Below are positions 29,626 through 43,257 of a stretch of DNA of 64,000 bases, piece after piece (position 1 is the stretch's first letter; each line of letters begins with the position of its first letter). The notes under the pieces are model-generated. The model saw nothing but the letters and a program-made list of their open reading frames with translations. It did no database searches and was not told the DNA's origin. This DNA is from the human T2T-CHM13v2.0 reference genome, Homo sapiens. A program made the position numbers and the translations under genes. The stretch lies in the NCBI RefSeq assembly GCF_009914755.1, contig NC_060939.1. One strand, written 5' to 3'.

Positions 29626-30024
29626 TTTTTTTTTCCATAAGTTATTGGGGTACAGGTGGTATTTGGTTACACGAGTAAGGTCTTTAGTGGTGGTTTGTGA
29701 GATTTCAATGCACTCATCACCCGAGCAGTATACACTGCACCATACTTATAGTCTTCTATCTCTCATCCCCTCCCTCCCTTCCCCCCGATTCCCCAAAGTC
29801 CATTGCATCATTCTCATGCCTTTGTGTCCTCATAACTTAGCTCCCACTTATCAGTGAGAACATACGATGTCTGGTTTTCCATTCCTGAGTTACTTCACTT
29901 AGAATAATAGTCTCCAGTCTCATCCAGGTCACTGCAAATGCTGTTAATTCATTCCTTTTTATGACTGTGTAGTATTCCATCATATATATATATATACACG
30001 GTCATAAAAAGGAATGAATGAATA

Positions 30025-30065
<41 letters not shown>

Positions 30066-33000
30066 GTATATGTATGTATATATACCACAGTTTCTTTATC
30101 CACTTGTTGATTGATGGGCATTTGGGTTGGTTCCATGATTTTGCAGTTGTGCTGCTATAAACCTGTATATGCAAGTATCTTTTTCGAATAATGACTTATT
30201 TTCCTCTGGGTAGATAGAAGGGAAAGTTGAGGCTCAGAGAGGTAAGTGGCCATTCTAAGACCACCAGTAGATACCCAGTAGTGGGATTGCTGGATCAAAT
30301 GGTAGTTCTACTTTTAGTTCTTTAAGGAATCTCCACACTGTTTTCCATAGTGGCTGTACTAGTTTACATTCCCACCAGCAGTGTAGACGTGTTCCCTCTT
30401 CACCACATCCACGCCAACATCTGTTTTTTGATTTTTTGATTATGGCCATTCTTGCAGGAGTGAGGTGGTATTGCATTGTGGCTTTGATTTGCATTTCCCT
30501 GATCATTAGTGATGTTGAGCATTTTTTCATATGTTTGTTGGCCATTTGTATATCTTCTTTTGAGGAGTGTCTATTCATGTCCTTAGCCCACTTTTTGATG
30601 GGATTGTTTGTTTTCTTTCTTACTAATTTGTTTGAGTTCATTGTAGATTCTGGATATTAGTCCTTTGTCAGATGTATAGATTGTGAAGATTTTCTCCTAC
30701 TCTGTGGGTTGTCTGTTTACTCTGCTGACTGTTCCTTTTGCCATGCGAAAGCTCTTTAGTTTAATTAGGTCCCAGCTATTTATCTTTGTTTTTATTGCGT
30801 TTGCTTTTGGGTTCTTGGTCATGAAATCCTTGCCTAAGCCAAAGTTTAGAAGAGTTTTTCCAATGTTATCTTCTAGAATTTTTATAGTTTCAGGTCTTAG
30901 GTTTAAATCCTTAATCCATCTTGAGTTGATTTTTGTATAAGGTGAGTGATGAGGATCCAGTTTCATTCTCCTACATGTGGCTAGCCAGTTATCCCAGCAC
31001 CATTTGTTGAAAAGGGTGTCCTTTCCCCACTTTATGTTTTTGTTTGCTTTGTTGAAGATCAGTTGGCTGTAAGTATTTGGATTTATTTCTGGGTTTATTC
31101 TGTTCCGTTGGTGTATGTGCCTATTTTTATACCAGTACCACACTGTTTTGGTGACTATGGCACTATAGTATCGTTTGAAATCAAGTAATGTGATGCCTCC
31201 AGATTTGTTCTTTTTGTTTAGTCTTGCTTTTGCTCTGCTGGCTCTTTTTTCATTGCATAGGAATTTTAGAATTGTTTTTTCTAATTCTGTGAAGAATGAT
31301 GGTGGTATTTTGATGAGAACTGCATTGAATTTGTAGATTGCTTTTGGCAGTATGGTCATTTTCACAATACTGATTCTGCCCATCCATGAGCATGGGATGT
31401 GTTTCCATTTGTTTGTGTCATCTATGATTTCTTTCAGCATTGTTTTGTAGTCTTCCTTGTAGAGGTCTTTTGACTCTTTTGTTAGGTATATTCCTAGGAT
31501 TTTTTTTTTTTTGCACTATTGTAAAAGGGGTTGAGTTCTTGATTTAATTCTCTGCTTGGTCACTGTTGATATATAGAAGACCTACTGATCTGTGAATACA
31601 TTAATCTTGTATCCAGAAACTTTGCTGAATTCTTTAATCAGTTCTAGGAGCTTTCTGGAGGAGTCTTTAAGGTTTTCAAGGTAAATGATCATATCTCATA
31701 TCGTCAGCAAGCAGTGACAGTTTGACTTCCTCTTTACTGATTTGGATGCTGTTTATTTCTTTCTCTTGTCTGATTGCTCCGGCTAGGACTTCCACTACTA
31801 TGTTGAAGAGGAATGGTGAGAGTGGGCATGTTTGTCTTGTTCCAGTTCTCAGAGGGAATGTTTTCAAAGTTTCCCTATTCAGTATTATGTTGGCTGTGGG
31901 TTTGTCATAGATGGCTTTTATTAAATTAAGGTGTGTCCTTTGTATGCCAATTTTGCTGAGAGTTTTAATGATAAAGCGTTGCTGGATTTTGACAAATGTC
32001 TTTTCTGCATCTATTGAAATGATCGTGTGATTTTTATTTTTAATTTTATTTGTGTGGTGTATCACATTTATTGACTTGTGTATGTTAAACTATCCCGCAT
32101 CCCTGGTATGAAACCCACTTGATCATGGTGGATTATCTTTTTTGATATGTTGTTGGATTTGGTTAGCTAGTATTTTGTTAAGGAGTTCAGCATCTATGTT
32201 CATCAAGGATATTGGTCTGTAGTTTTCTTTTTTGGTTATGTCCTTTTCTGGTTTTGGTATTAGGGTGATGCTGGCTTCATAGAATGAATTAACAAGGTAT
32301 GCTTCTTTCTCTATATTGTGTAATAATGTCAAAAGGATTGGTACCAACTCTTCTTCAAATGTCTGGTAGAATTCTGCTGTGAATCCATCTGGTCCTGGAG
32401 GTTTTTTTTTGTTGTTGGTAATTTTTAAGTTACCATTTCAATCTCGCTGCTTGTTATTGGTCTGTTCGGGGTATCTAATTCTTCCTGATTTAAGCTAGGA
32501 GGGTTGTATTTTTCCAGGAATGTATCTATCTCTTCTAGGTTTTCTAGTTTATGTGCGTAAAGGTGCTCATAGTAGCCTTGAATGATCTTTTGTATTTCAG
32601 TGGTGTCAGCTGTAATATCTCCTGTTTTGTTTGCTAGTGAGTTGGATTTTCTCTCTTCTTTTCTTGGTTAATCTTGCTAATGGTCTATCAATTTTATTTA
32701 TCTTTTCAAAGAACCATCTTTTTGTTCATTTATCTTTTGTATTGGTTTTTTTGTTTCTTTGTCTCAATTTCATTTAGTTCTGCTCTGATCTTGGTTATTT
32801 CCTTTCTTCTGCTGGGTTTGGGTTTGGTTTGTTCTTGTTTCTCTAGTTCCTTGAGGTGTGACTTTAGATTGTCTGTTTGTGCTCTTTCAGTCTTTTTGAT
32901 GTAGACATTTATGGCTATGAACTTCCCTCTTAGCACCGCCTTAGCTGTATCCCAGAGGTTTTGATAGATTGTGTCATTATTGTTGTTCAGTTCAAAGAAT

Positions 33001-36000
33001 TTTTAAATTTCCATCTTGATTTCGTTTTTGACCCAAATGCTCATGCAAGAGCAGGTTATTTAATTTCCATGTATTTGCAGGGTTTTGAAGGTTCCTTTTG
33101 GAGTTGATTTCCAGTTTTATTCCACTGTGGTCTGAGAGAGTGCTTGATATAATTTCAACTTTCTTAAATTTTTTGAGGCTTGTTTTATGGTCTATCTCAT
33201 GGTCTATCTTGGAGAAAATTCCATGTGCTGTTGAATAGAATGTGTATTCTGCAGTTGCTGCATGAAATGTTCTGTATATATCTGTTCAGTCCACTTGTTC
33301 CAAGATATAGTTTATCCATTGTTTATTTGTTGACGCTCTGTCTTGATGACCTGTCTAGTGCTGTCAGTGGAGTATTGAAGTCTCCCACTATTATTGTGTT
33401 GCTGTTTATCTCATTTCTTAGGTCTATTAGTAATTGTTTTATAAATTTGGGAGCTCCAGTGTTAGGTTCATATATGTTTAGGATTGTGCTATTTTCCTGT
33501 TGGACAATGCCTTTTACCATTATATAATGTCCCTCATTGTCTCTTTTACTGATGTTGCTTTAAGGTTTATTTTGTCTGATATAAGAATAGCTACCCCTGC
33601 TCGCTTTTGGCATCCATTTGCATGAAATGGTTTTTTCCTACCCTACTCGTTACTTTATGTGAGTCCTTACATGTTAGGTGAGTCTCCTAAAGGCAGCAGA
33701 TATTTGGTTGGTGAGTTCTTATCCATTCTGCAGTTGTGTGTCTTTTAAGTGGAGCATTTAGGCCATTTACATTCAATGTTAGTATTGAAATGTGAGGTTT
33801 AGATTGAAGAGCATTCATCGTGCTCTTTGTTGCCTGTGTACTTTGGTTTTTTTTGTTGTTGTTGTTTTTGCTTTTTAACTTGTATTTTTGTTTTATAGGT
33901 CCTGTGTGATTTATGCTTTAAAGAAGTTCTGTTTTGATGTGTTTCCAGGATTTGTTTCAAGATTTAGAGCTCTTTTTAGCAGTCCTTGTAGTGGTGATGT
34001 GGTAATGGTGAATTCTCTCAGCATTTGTTCGTCTGAAAAAGACTGTATCTTTCCTTCATGTATGATGCTTAGTTTCACAGGATACAAAATTATTGGCTGA
34101 TAATTGTTTTGTTTGAGGAGGCTGAAGATAGGGCCCCAATCCCTTCTAGCTTGTAGGGTTTCTGCTGAGAAATCTTCTGTTAATCTAATAGGTTTTCCTT
34201 TATAGGTTACCTGGTGCTTCTGTCTCACAGCTCTTAAGATTCTTTCCTTCGTCTTAACTTTGACAATGTGCCTAGGCAAAGATGTTTTTGTGATTAATTT
34301 CCCAGGTGTTCTTTGTGCTTCTTATATTTGGATGTCTAGGTCTCTAGCAAGACCAGGGAAGTTTTCCTTGATTATTCCCCCAAATATGTCTTCCAAGTTT
34401 TGGAATTCTCTTCTTCCTCAGGAACACCAATTATTCTTAGGTTTGGTCATTTAACATAATCCCAGACTTCTTGGAGGCTTCACTCATATTTTCTTATTCT
34501 TTTTTCAGTGTCTTGGTTGGATTGGGTTAATTAGAAGACCTTGTCTTCGAGCTCTGAATTTCTTTCTTCTACTTGTTCAATTCTATTGTTGAGACTTTCC
34601 AGAGCATTTCACATTTCTAAAAGTGTGTCCACAGTTTCCTGAATTTTTTATTGCTTCTTTTTCTTTAAGCTATCTACTTCCTTGAATATTTCTCTCTTCA
34701 CTTCTTGTGTCATTTTCTGGATTTCCTTGTATTGGGCTTCACCCTTCTCTGGTCCCTCCCTGATTAGCTTAATAACTAACATCCTGAATTCTTTTTCAGG
34801 TAAATCATGGATTTCTTCTTCGTTTGGATCCATTGCTGGTGAACTAGTGTGATTTTTGGGTGGTGTTGAAGAGCCTTGTTTTGTCATATTACCCGGGTTG
34901 GTTTTCTGGTTCCTTCTTATTTGGGTAGGCTCCGTCAGAGGGAAGGTCTAGGGCCGAAGGCTGTTGTTCAGATTCTTTTGTCCCACAGGGTGTTCCCTTG
35001 ATGTAGTTCTCTCCCCCTTTTCCTATGGATGTGGCTTCCTGTGAGCCGAACTGCAGTGATTGTTGTCTCTTCTTGGTCTAGCCACCCAGTGAGTCTACCT
35101 GGCTCTGGGCTGGTTCTGGGGGTCGTCTGCACAGAGTCCTGCGATGTGAACTGTCTATGGGTCTCTCAGCTGTGGATACCAGTGCCTGTTCCAGTGGAGG
35201 GGGTGGGGTGCAGGGGCGGGTGCAGTGGACTCCATGGGGGTCCTTAGCTTTGGTGGTTTGATGCTCTATTTTTGGGCTGGTTGGCCTCCTGCCAGGAGGT
35301 GGCACTTTCCAGAGAGCATCAGCTATAGTAGTATAGAGAGGAGCCCTTAGTGTGTGGGGTCCTAGAACTCCCAAGATTATATGCCCTTTGTCTTCTGCTA
35401 CCAGGGTGGGTAGGGAAGGACCATCAGGTGGGGGTGGGGCTAGGCATGTCTGAGCTCTGACTCTCCTTGGGCAGGTCTTGATGTGGCTGCTGTGGGGGAT
35501 GTGGGTGGGGTTCCCAGGTCACTGGAGCTGTGTACCTAGAAGGATTATGGCTTCCTCTGCTGAGTCATGTTGGTTGTCAGGGAAGTCAGGGAAAGCTGGC
35601 AGTCACAGGCCTCATCCAGCTCCCATGCAAACCGAAGGTCCGGTTTAACTCCCACCGTGCTCTCCCCAATAGCCCCCAGTCCATTTCTAGATGGAGAGCG
35701 ACAGGGGCTTGAAAACCTGCCCCAGCTCCAGGCTACCTGCCTCCCAGCTGCAAAAGTAAAGGTCTTGGTTCTTTCCCTACATGTGGAGTCTGAGCACAGG
35801 ATTTGTGCCCTCCCCCAAGTTCTGGCCAGGAGGCTTCTCACCCCCTTCAAATTGTCACAAAGTTCTACTAGAGAATTCCTTCTCCCTGTGGAGTTTTAAC
35901 CCCTGCTCCTCTGGTCACCCTCCCGATGGATCCCTGTGGTTCCAGGCAGGAATGACCTGCTAGGGGGCCCAGCGAGCTCCCAGGGCCTTTCTACTGCTTC

Positions 36001-36237
36001 CTCTACCCTTGGATTTCGTTCAGCTCTCCAAATTGACTCAGCTCCAGGTAAAGTTGGAAACTTCTCCCGCAAACAGATCTTCAGCTTCCCCAGTGGGTGT
36101 GTTTGTTCAGGAGAGGAGGGTCTCCCTTTCCCACTTCCGCATCTGGGGCACTCACAGTTTTGGGGGTTCTCCTGGGTCCTGCAGGAGCAATCTGCTTCCT
36201 TCAGAGGGTCTGTGGGTCCTCTCGGGATTGCTGGTTT
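29626..36237 (-). mobile_element. Near-full-length degenerate LINE-1, L1PB class
   Basis: Broken ORF2 pieces: EN-like IIVGDFNTPL at ~33323-33520, RT-like pieces at 31676-32347, C-terminal pieces at 30255-31440. ORF1 pieces at 33911-34887, 5' UTR at ~34900-36237. L1PB-type 3' end (TTCCATAAGTTATTGGGGTACAGGTGG on +). Many stops and frameshifts, so inactive. Confidence 0.93.
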
Positions 36238-36239
36238 TC

Positions 36240-36373
36240 AATTCTTGTAGTTTTGGTAGAGACAGGGTTTCACCATGTTGCCCAGGCTGGTCTCACACTC
36301 CTGGGCTCAAGGGAGCTGTCTGCCTTGGCCTCCCAAAGTATTGGGATTACAGACATGAGCCACCGCGCCCGGC
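36240..36373 (-). mobile_element. Alu left arm (second half of the split Alu)
   Basis: Resumes at the linker: GTAGAGACAGGGTTTCACC...CACCGCGCCCGGC. Confidence 0.9.
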
Positions 36374-36959
36374 GCGACATTGTGCGTTTTAAAGACTTGA
36401 GCCTTTCGCTTGATTGTCTCCCACATTAGTTCATTCACAGCCCACAAGAACTGTTTCTTAGTTTCAATCCAAAGCAATCTCACTAGGAAACATTAAGTGT
36501 GGTAGGGATTTGGAGTGTGAGTACATGGGTTTGAGTCCCTGCAAAACAGCTGTGTGGTCTTAGAATGGCCACTTACCTCTCTGAGCCTCAACTTTCCCTT
36601 CTTTAAAAGGGGAAATTACTCCTTTCGAGGTGATTTTGCGGTTGCAGAAGCTCTGTGCAGTGTTAACAAACATTAGCTATTATTAGCTACTCTTTCATCG
36701 TCTTATTCTGCCACAGCTCCTCTCTGCCAGTGTGGCTTTTGGTTGGAATTTGCTGTCAAGAAATTAGAAGAGGCCACTACACACTCCTTACCAAATTCTC
36801 TTTGCTGTATGACATGCTAGAAACTTAAGCCCCGAAGCCTCGATTATCCTTTTCTTATTTGCTTTTCACCCTTTTTAAAGAATAAAATGTATACAATATT
36901 GAATACTTCAGTACTCCAAAAATATAAGTCATCTGGTAACTGCTGTTTTAAATATATAT

Positions 36960-37380
36960 AATAAATATACGTAATACAAAATTTACCATTTTAATAATTT
37001 TTAAGCATACAGCTCAGTGGCATTAAGCAGATTCACATTGTTGTGCAACTATCACCGCCATCCATCTCCAGAACAGAACTTTTTCTATCTTCCCCAACTG
37101 AAACTCTATAAGCATTAAACAGTAACTCCCCCTACTGCCTGACAGCTACCATTTTACTTCCTGTCTTTGGATTTGACTACTGTAGGTACCCCATATAAGA
37201 GGAATTATGCGTATGATTGTATATCTTCTTCAGAGAAACATCTGTTCAAGTCCTCTGCCCATTGTTTCAATAGGGTTCTTTATTTTTTGTTGAGTAATAG
37301 GAGTTCTTTACATATTATGGATATTAATCCCTTATCAGATATATGATTTTCAAATATTTTTCCCATTCCGTCGGTTGCCT
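36960..37380 (-). mobile_element. L1M (L1MB-like) 3' fragments
   Basis: AAAATTTACCATTTTA...CATTGTTGTGCAACTATCACC..., joined to TATTAATCCCTTATCAGATATATG. Confidence 0.75.
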
Positions 37381-38485
37381 TAGCAGCTATATTTCTTGAC
37401 TTTACACCTGTTTATTCAAACAAATAGTAACTATGTGCCTGCTGTGTGAAAGACATTGTGCTAATGACAGAGCAAAAAGGTACAATTGGCTTTCATACCC
37501 TCTCTGTCTGCATTTGACTTTGTCATGCTATCAGAACCATTCCCAATTGATTGGAATTTTTTTTTAAATGACTAGATCTTTGAAGGCTTCTAAAAGGAAT
37601 TTAGTTGGCTATTTCAATTATCTCAAGTATCTGAAAAGTGAGATCTTATATTGGGCAAAACTGGAGAGCAGTGAAACCTGAAACTAAAAGAGGTGGTCAC
37701 TGTGCACACACTCACATACACAACATCAGACTTCCAGCAAAGGCTTCCTGACATCTGCACGTGTGTGAAAGGAAATCATCCTTCCACTGACACCAGTGCT
37801 CGCTGAGGGGAGATCAACTTTGGATGCTATGTTTTATTGCATGGTTTATTGTTCTAATCAGCTGATAATGGCCATGAACCTTGACCCTTGGACAGCAGAC
37901 CATTGCAGGGGCCTTAACACCCTTTCCTGACCAATGAACAATGCAACCTGTTTTAATCAACCGTGGGCATTCTGCCTTAGCTACAGTGCTTGTTTTCAAT
38001 CCTTAGTATAATCACTATAAATTAGAACTTTAAAAGTCCTGATTTTTTTCTCCTTAGCACTCTTCTCAGTAAATTTTTTCACTGGGGAATGTTCCCTTGT
38101 CTGCTAAATTAATAGACTTGGCCTTTTATCCCCCTCTCTGGTGATCTTTATTTCACATGACAAGTGGCTGCAATCCTATTCCTAACTGCAACAAGTCAAC
38201 ACAGAATCCACATACCATATGCTGTTCAACTACTCCAAGGCTTAGCAGAGATACTCTCACTTATCCATGCATTGCCGTAACTAATCCTGTTCTGCAATCC
38301 TCAGAAAATTTAGACAAACGCCAGACTGTTTTCAAACATATCTTAATTTAGCTACCTAATATACAGATATTTGACCTCTCCAGAATGCTTTTCCTTCTAG
38401 AGTTGACGTTTATTGAAAACCACATGTACAGGACTTTATGTAATTGTTCAGCTGCATCTTGAATCTGCTTTGCAGCTGATGGTTG

Positions 38486-38487
<2 letters not shown>

Positions 38488-38527
<40 letters not shown>
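38488..38527. repeat. (CA)20 microsatellite
   Basis: Read directly. Confidence 0.95.
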
Positions 38528-38530
<3 letters not shown>

Positions 38531-39453
38531 AGAAGTATGCATTTGTCATTAAAGGCATTTGTCACTGCCTTTAATGTCCTGTTGAAGCCCAATAATAAAA
38601 ATTTTCAACATAGTGAATGAAATTTGCAGAATCACTGCTCAGGAGCAATAACATACACAGGAAATTAATCCAATTACAATAACTTCTGAATGATGATCTC
38701 TGTTTCCTTGTTGCTTTAGCTAGTACCAAATCACCCAGAGAACCTCCTTACTGTCTATAGCATCAGTTCAAAAAAAAAAAAAAAACACTACTCAGGGTTT
38801 CTTCCTTCACAGAATGGAATGGGACAGATACACCACGAGGCACAGGTAGAGATCAGCTAGAGAAAATGAATCCGAAGCCAGGACCTCAAAACGGAGCACT
38901 CACCACCCATTCTTTAACAGTTCCCCATTTTCCTTCATAGACCCCCAGGGTGGCAATCACACAAAGGAGGAAAACCCACTCCAAGCCACTGCTTCTTAGT
39001 TGCCCTGTAAGCCTGGCTTGGGCAGATCCTGTGCTGGGAGCCTGGCTGATTTTATTACTGAATACAAGTTACATGTGTAAGGCACTAAATATCAGAAAAG
39101 TACAGAGTGGTAAGACAGTGATCTGGAGGTCCCTTCTGCCAATGGTGTGCTCCGCCCCTCGGGGTGAATTATGTACTGTGGTGATGAAATAAATGTTCCC
39201 TTTGCAATTTCCTTGGGTATCAAAATGTATTCTGTTCTTCAGGGTTGAAAGTCAAGCCCTTTCTCACCAGCTCCACTTACTGGGTTTACCCTGATGTGTC
39301 TATTCCTCCTTCAGCGTTTGATGCAGGTTCCCACCTAGACACAAAGAGGTAGCCATCCTTAGAGGAGAAGGAAGATTTTTTTTCTTCTTTACTTGATGTG
39401 GATGCTTACTTAAGGGAAGGAAGCTGAGCTTTAAGTTTTAGTGACCTGATTTC

Positions 39454-39454
<1 letters not shown>

Positions 39455-39502
<48 letters not shown>
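39455..39502. repeat. (TG)24 microsatellite
   Basis: Read directly. Confidence 0.95.
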
Positions 39503-39504
<2 letters not shown>

Positions 39505-41505
39505 AGATTCCTGATTTAGGTCAGGTGTTTTTGTTGTTGTTATTGTTTTATTTTCTTTAACTGTGTTTTTAAAAACATAAGGAATACATTTTTATAGGAA
39601 AGTTTAAGTAACAATGTCATTCTTAGCATGATCTTCATTTTCTCTTTTCCCTTGTTTCCTTTGGATACAGTTCCGGACATTTTAAAGACAACTGCGGCTA
39701 GGAAACTTTGTTTTCCTAATGATCTTGTTTCTCTTTACTATCAGTAAAAACCTCCTCTTTTGCCCTTTTGCATGAATATTCTATTATTAAAAATGGAGAT
39801 CTGGTCCAGAATCAGCCAAGGGGATGAATGCCTGGGTGAGAGTTAGTGGAGGAACAACAGTAAAAGCCATTCAAGTGGCTCCCCCAGGGACTAAATCTAG
39901 AGTCAAGGTAGGGAAGCAAGATGAGAGCTTTGAAAGGGGTGACATCCAGGGAATGGCTGAGAAAGTCAATGGCCTCTTGTCCTTTTATTTTCCTCTGCTC
40001 TTATCTGAGTACTTTCTGTGTTCTAAGTCTGTGGATTCAGCCCTCAAATGGTTGGCAGAAAGGTCCCTCTAAAGAAAAGAATTCTGCTCCATCTTTCTCC
40101 TTTGTTTCAAAGGCTGACTCTTAATCATGGCTCCTCCTTTATTACCAGGAATTTCATGTTGCTGTCTCCCTGATATTTGGAATCTAAAGATGGTGAAATA
40201 TTTACAGTGAGTGAGACATCAGCCTCCAGTTGTTTGTATCTGTAGCGGTAATTACTTACACCAGTTTGTCAGCATTCACACCTGAATTATTCTATGTTTG
40301 GTGGTATGTCAATGTCTAGAGATAGCTATGATCACACAAAATACAGTTTTTTCTTGTGAAATCCTAACTTGGCCCATGGAAATTTTTTTTGAAAAAACAC
40401 AACAAAAGATCCCGTCCACCACCCTCCCACCCAACTCCCCCATATGTTAACTGGATGGAAATATTTGATTTGAGTGTGGTGTTAACTGGATGGAAATATT
40501 TGATTTGAGTGTGGTGTCCATAGGACATTCTCTCACCTTGACTTTAAACTGGCTCATTCAACAATGTGTGTTTCTCAAGGCCATATGGACCACTTTCTCA
40601 ACAACCTCTATTTCCCACCCAACCTCCCAAATACTGTTCTTCCTTCTAATTTTTCCTTTTTTGTCATTCTCTCTTCTTTCAACTGCAATGTATTTTTGAT
40701 GTTCAACCACTATTCAGGTTGTTTTGTTACCGATTGTCTTAGATGTTCTTATTAAACATTACTATTGAATCGTTTCCATTTTTTCTTTAAATTTTTTATG
40801 TTTATAAAGTCTTTTCATTTAGCTCATAGTCCTATTTAGTTCAAGACCTAGAGTTTGAAAGAAGAGTTTCAAAGATCACCCTCTCTTTCAGCAATATTTG
40901 AGCTCCTGAGAAAAAAATGTGAAAGTAATTTATTTCCATACAAAACGTTATTTGAAACACCAAGGAATTCACCATTAAAAGGAAGTCAGAGGTGAATTCT
41001 GCAATATAATTTTTCTGTTCAGCAAATTTTGATTTTTTGCTAATTCTTTAAAGTGAGAGATAATCTATTTTATATCTTCTCTCTTTTTTTAAATTTACCC
41101 TTCTTTGATGGGGTTTTTCCTTCTCCCTTCTGGGTCAGGGCTTCCCAGGTCTGCTGTCACACCCAAGTAGCTGCAAGTCACAGCATTTCAAATTCAACAA
41201 GCCCCAGGGAAATAGTTCAAGAAGCTGGGATGGGGACAGGATTTTGAAGCAAGGGACTGATGTCTGGCCCTGGCACTTGGAAATCAGCCTCACTGCTTTC
41301 AAGACCTCCCCTGGATAAGGTCCCTAGTCTACTGGTGGCTGGAATCTCCAGACTTCAAGTAGGACCACTTGACACCATAGGACATTTTAAAATTTGATCC
41401 TCCCCTCCAGTCAGCGTTTCCCTCTCCTGAGTTGACGGTTGAATGTTTTTGCATCCACTCTTGGGAGAAGATGCACACCCTCTCACACTCTTAAAAATTT
41501 ATTTT

Positions 41506-41507
<2 letters not shown>

Positions 41508-41555
<48 letters not shown>

Positions 41556-41826
41556 TAGAGATGGGGTCTTGCTCTGTCACCTGGGCTGGAGTGCAGTGGT
41601 GTGGTCACAATTCACTGCAGCTTTGACCTTCCAGGCTCAGGTGATCCTCCCACCTTGGCCTATAGCATATCTGGGACTACAGGCTTGCACTACCATGCTT
41701 TATTTTTGGTAGAGATGGGATTTCACTCTGTTGCTCAGGCTGGTCTCAAACTCCAAGACTCAAATGATTCTCTCACCTTGGCCTCCCAAAGTGCTGGGAC
41801 TACAGGTGTGAGCCACCATGCCTGAC
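41508..41826 (-). mobile_element. AluJ with T47 tail
   Basis: Diverged Alu preceded by an uninterrupted T run at 41508-41554. Confidence 0.85.
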
Positions 41827-42232
41827 CTCTCTCACATTTTTATCAAACTCCCTGCCCAAATGTTGCCACCATGGACCCATGATGTCCATGGTCATCTTCC
41901 CTCTGCCTTCAGCTCTCTTCTTTCAGATACTTTCATGGCTGGATCCCTTACTTTATTCAGGCCCTAGCTCAAATGTCCTCTCCTTAGATAGGACTTCCTG
42001 ACCACCAGATCTAAAAGTAAAAGACCATCACACTCGAGCTTCCATAACTGCTTAGAACACAATCAGCCATGCCTGAATCATGTATAGACACATCTACAAG
42101 AAACAATATCCAGATACCATACCAGATATCTTCCCCTTGGTGTGTATGTTAGACATAACTGAATCCTCAAAGGAGAGGGGAAAAAAAAAACAGTTCACCT
42201 TTTACTATTTACAAAATAATAGGGAAATATAG

Positions 42233-42558
<326 letters not shown>

Positions 42559-43040
42559 ATGGGAATTCCAATTACCTTCAACTGTGCATGAGCAGGAGCT
42601 TTGTAATATTGCACATCTGAGTGATGAATGATCATTCTTGATAAACCCGAATAATGCACTCATTTTAATTTACAAATTCTTAACATTAGTAACTTCCTAT
42701 ATCTTACTTGGTAGGTTTCTAGTTGTATGTAAAAATAAAAATCTACAAATTATTCTGCCCGCCTCAGCCTCCCAAAATGCTGGGATTACAGGCATGAGCC
42801 ACCGCGCCCGGCCAGAGATTTTTTTAAGTAGATAAAAATAGATAAATGGCTGGGAAAAGGGGGTACCAATTAGTACAAATAGACTGCAGAGCCATCCAGC
42901 AATACATATCAAAAGCCTTTAAAACATTTATATTGTTTGACCTAGTGATCCTAATTCTAGAATTTGTCCTTTGGAAATATAATCAAGATATATATATGAT
43001 GTTAATCACAGCATTACTTATAATGATGAAAAATAGAAGA

Positions 43041-43257
43041 GGCCAGGCATGGTGGATCATGCCTGTAATCCCAGCACTTTGGAAGTCTGAGGTGGGAGGA
43101 TCCCATGAGCCCAGAAGTTAAGATCAGCTTGGCCAACATATCGAGACTCTTGTCTCTATATATGAAGAAGAAGAAGGAGGAGAAGGAGAAGGAGAAGAAG
43201 GTGAAGAAGAAGGAGAAGGAGGAGGAGGAGGAGGAAGAGGCAGAGGAAGAGAAGAGA
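43041..43257 (+). mobile_element. FLAM (left Alu monomer) with GAA/GGA-rich tail
   Basis: Alu left arm followed by a purine trinucleotide tract at 43163-43257. Confidence 0.75.

Noticed and set aside
30255-34887. L1 ORF1/ORF2-like ORFs as a functional or domesticated reverse-transcriptase system
   Set aside because: Broken by many stops and frameshifts; an ordinary dead L1.
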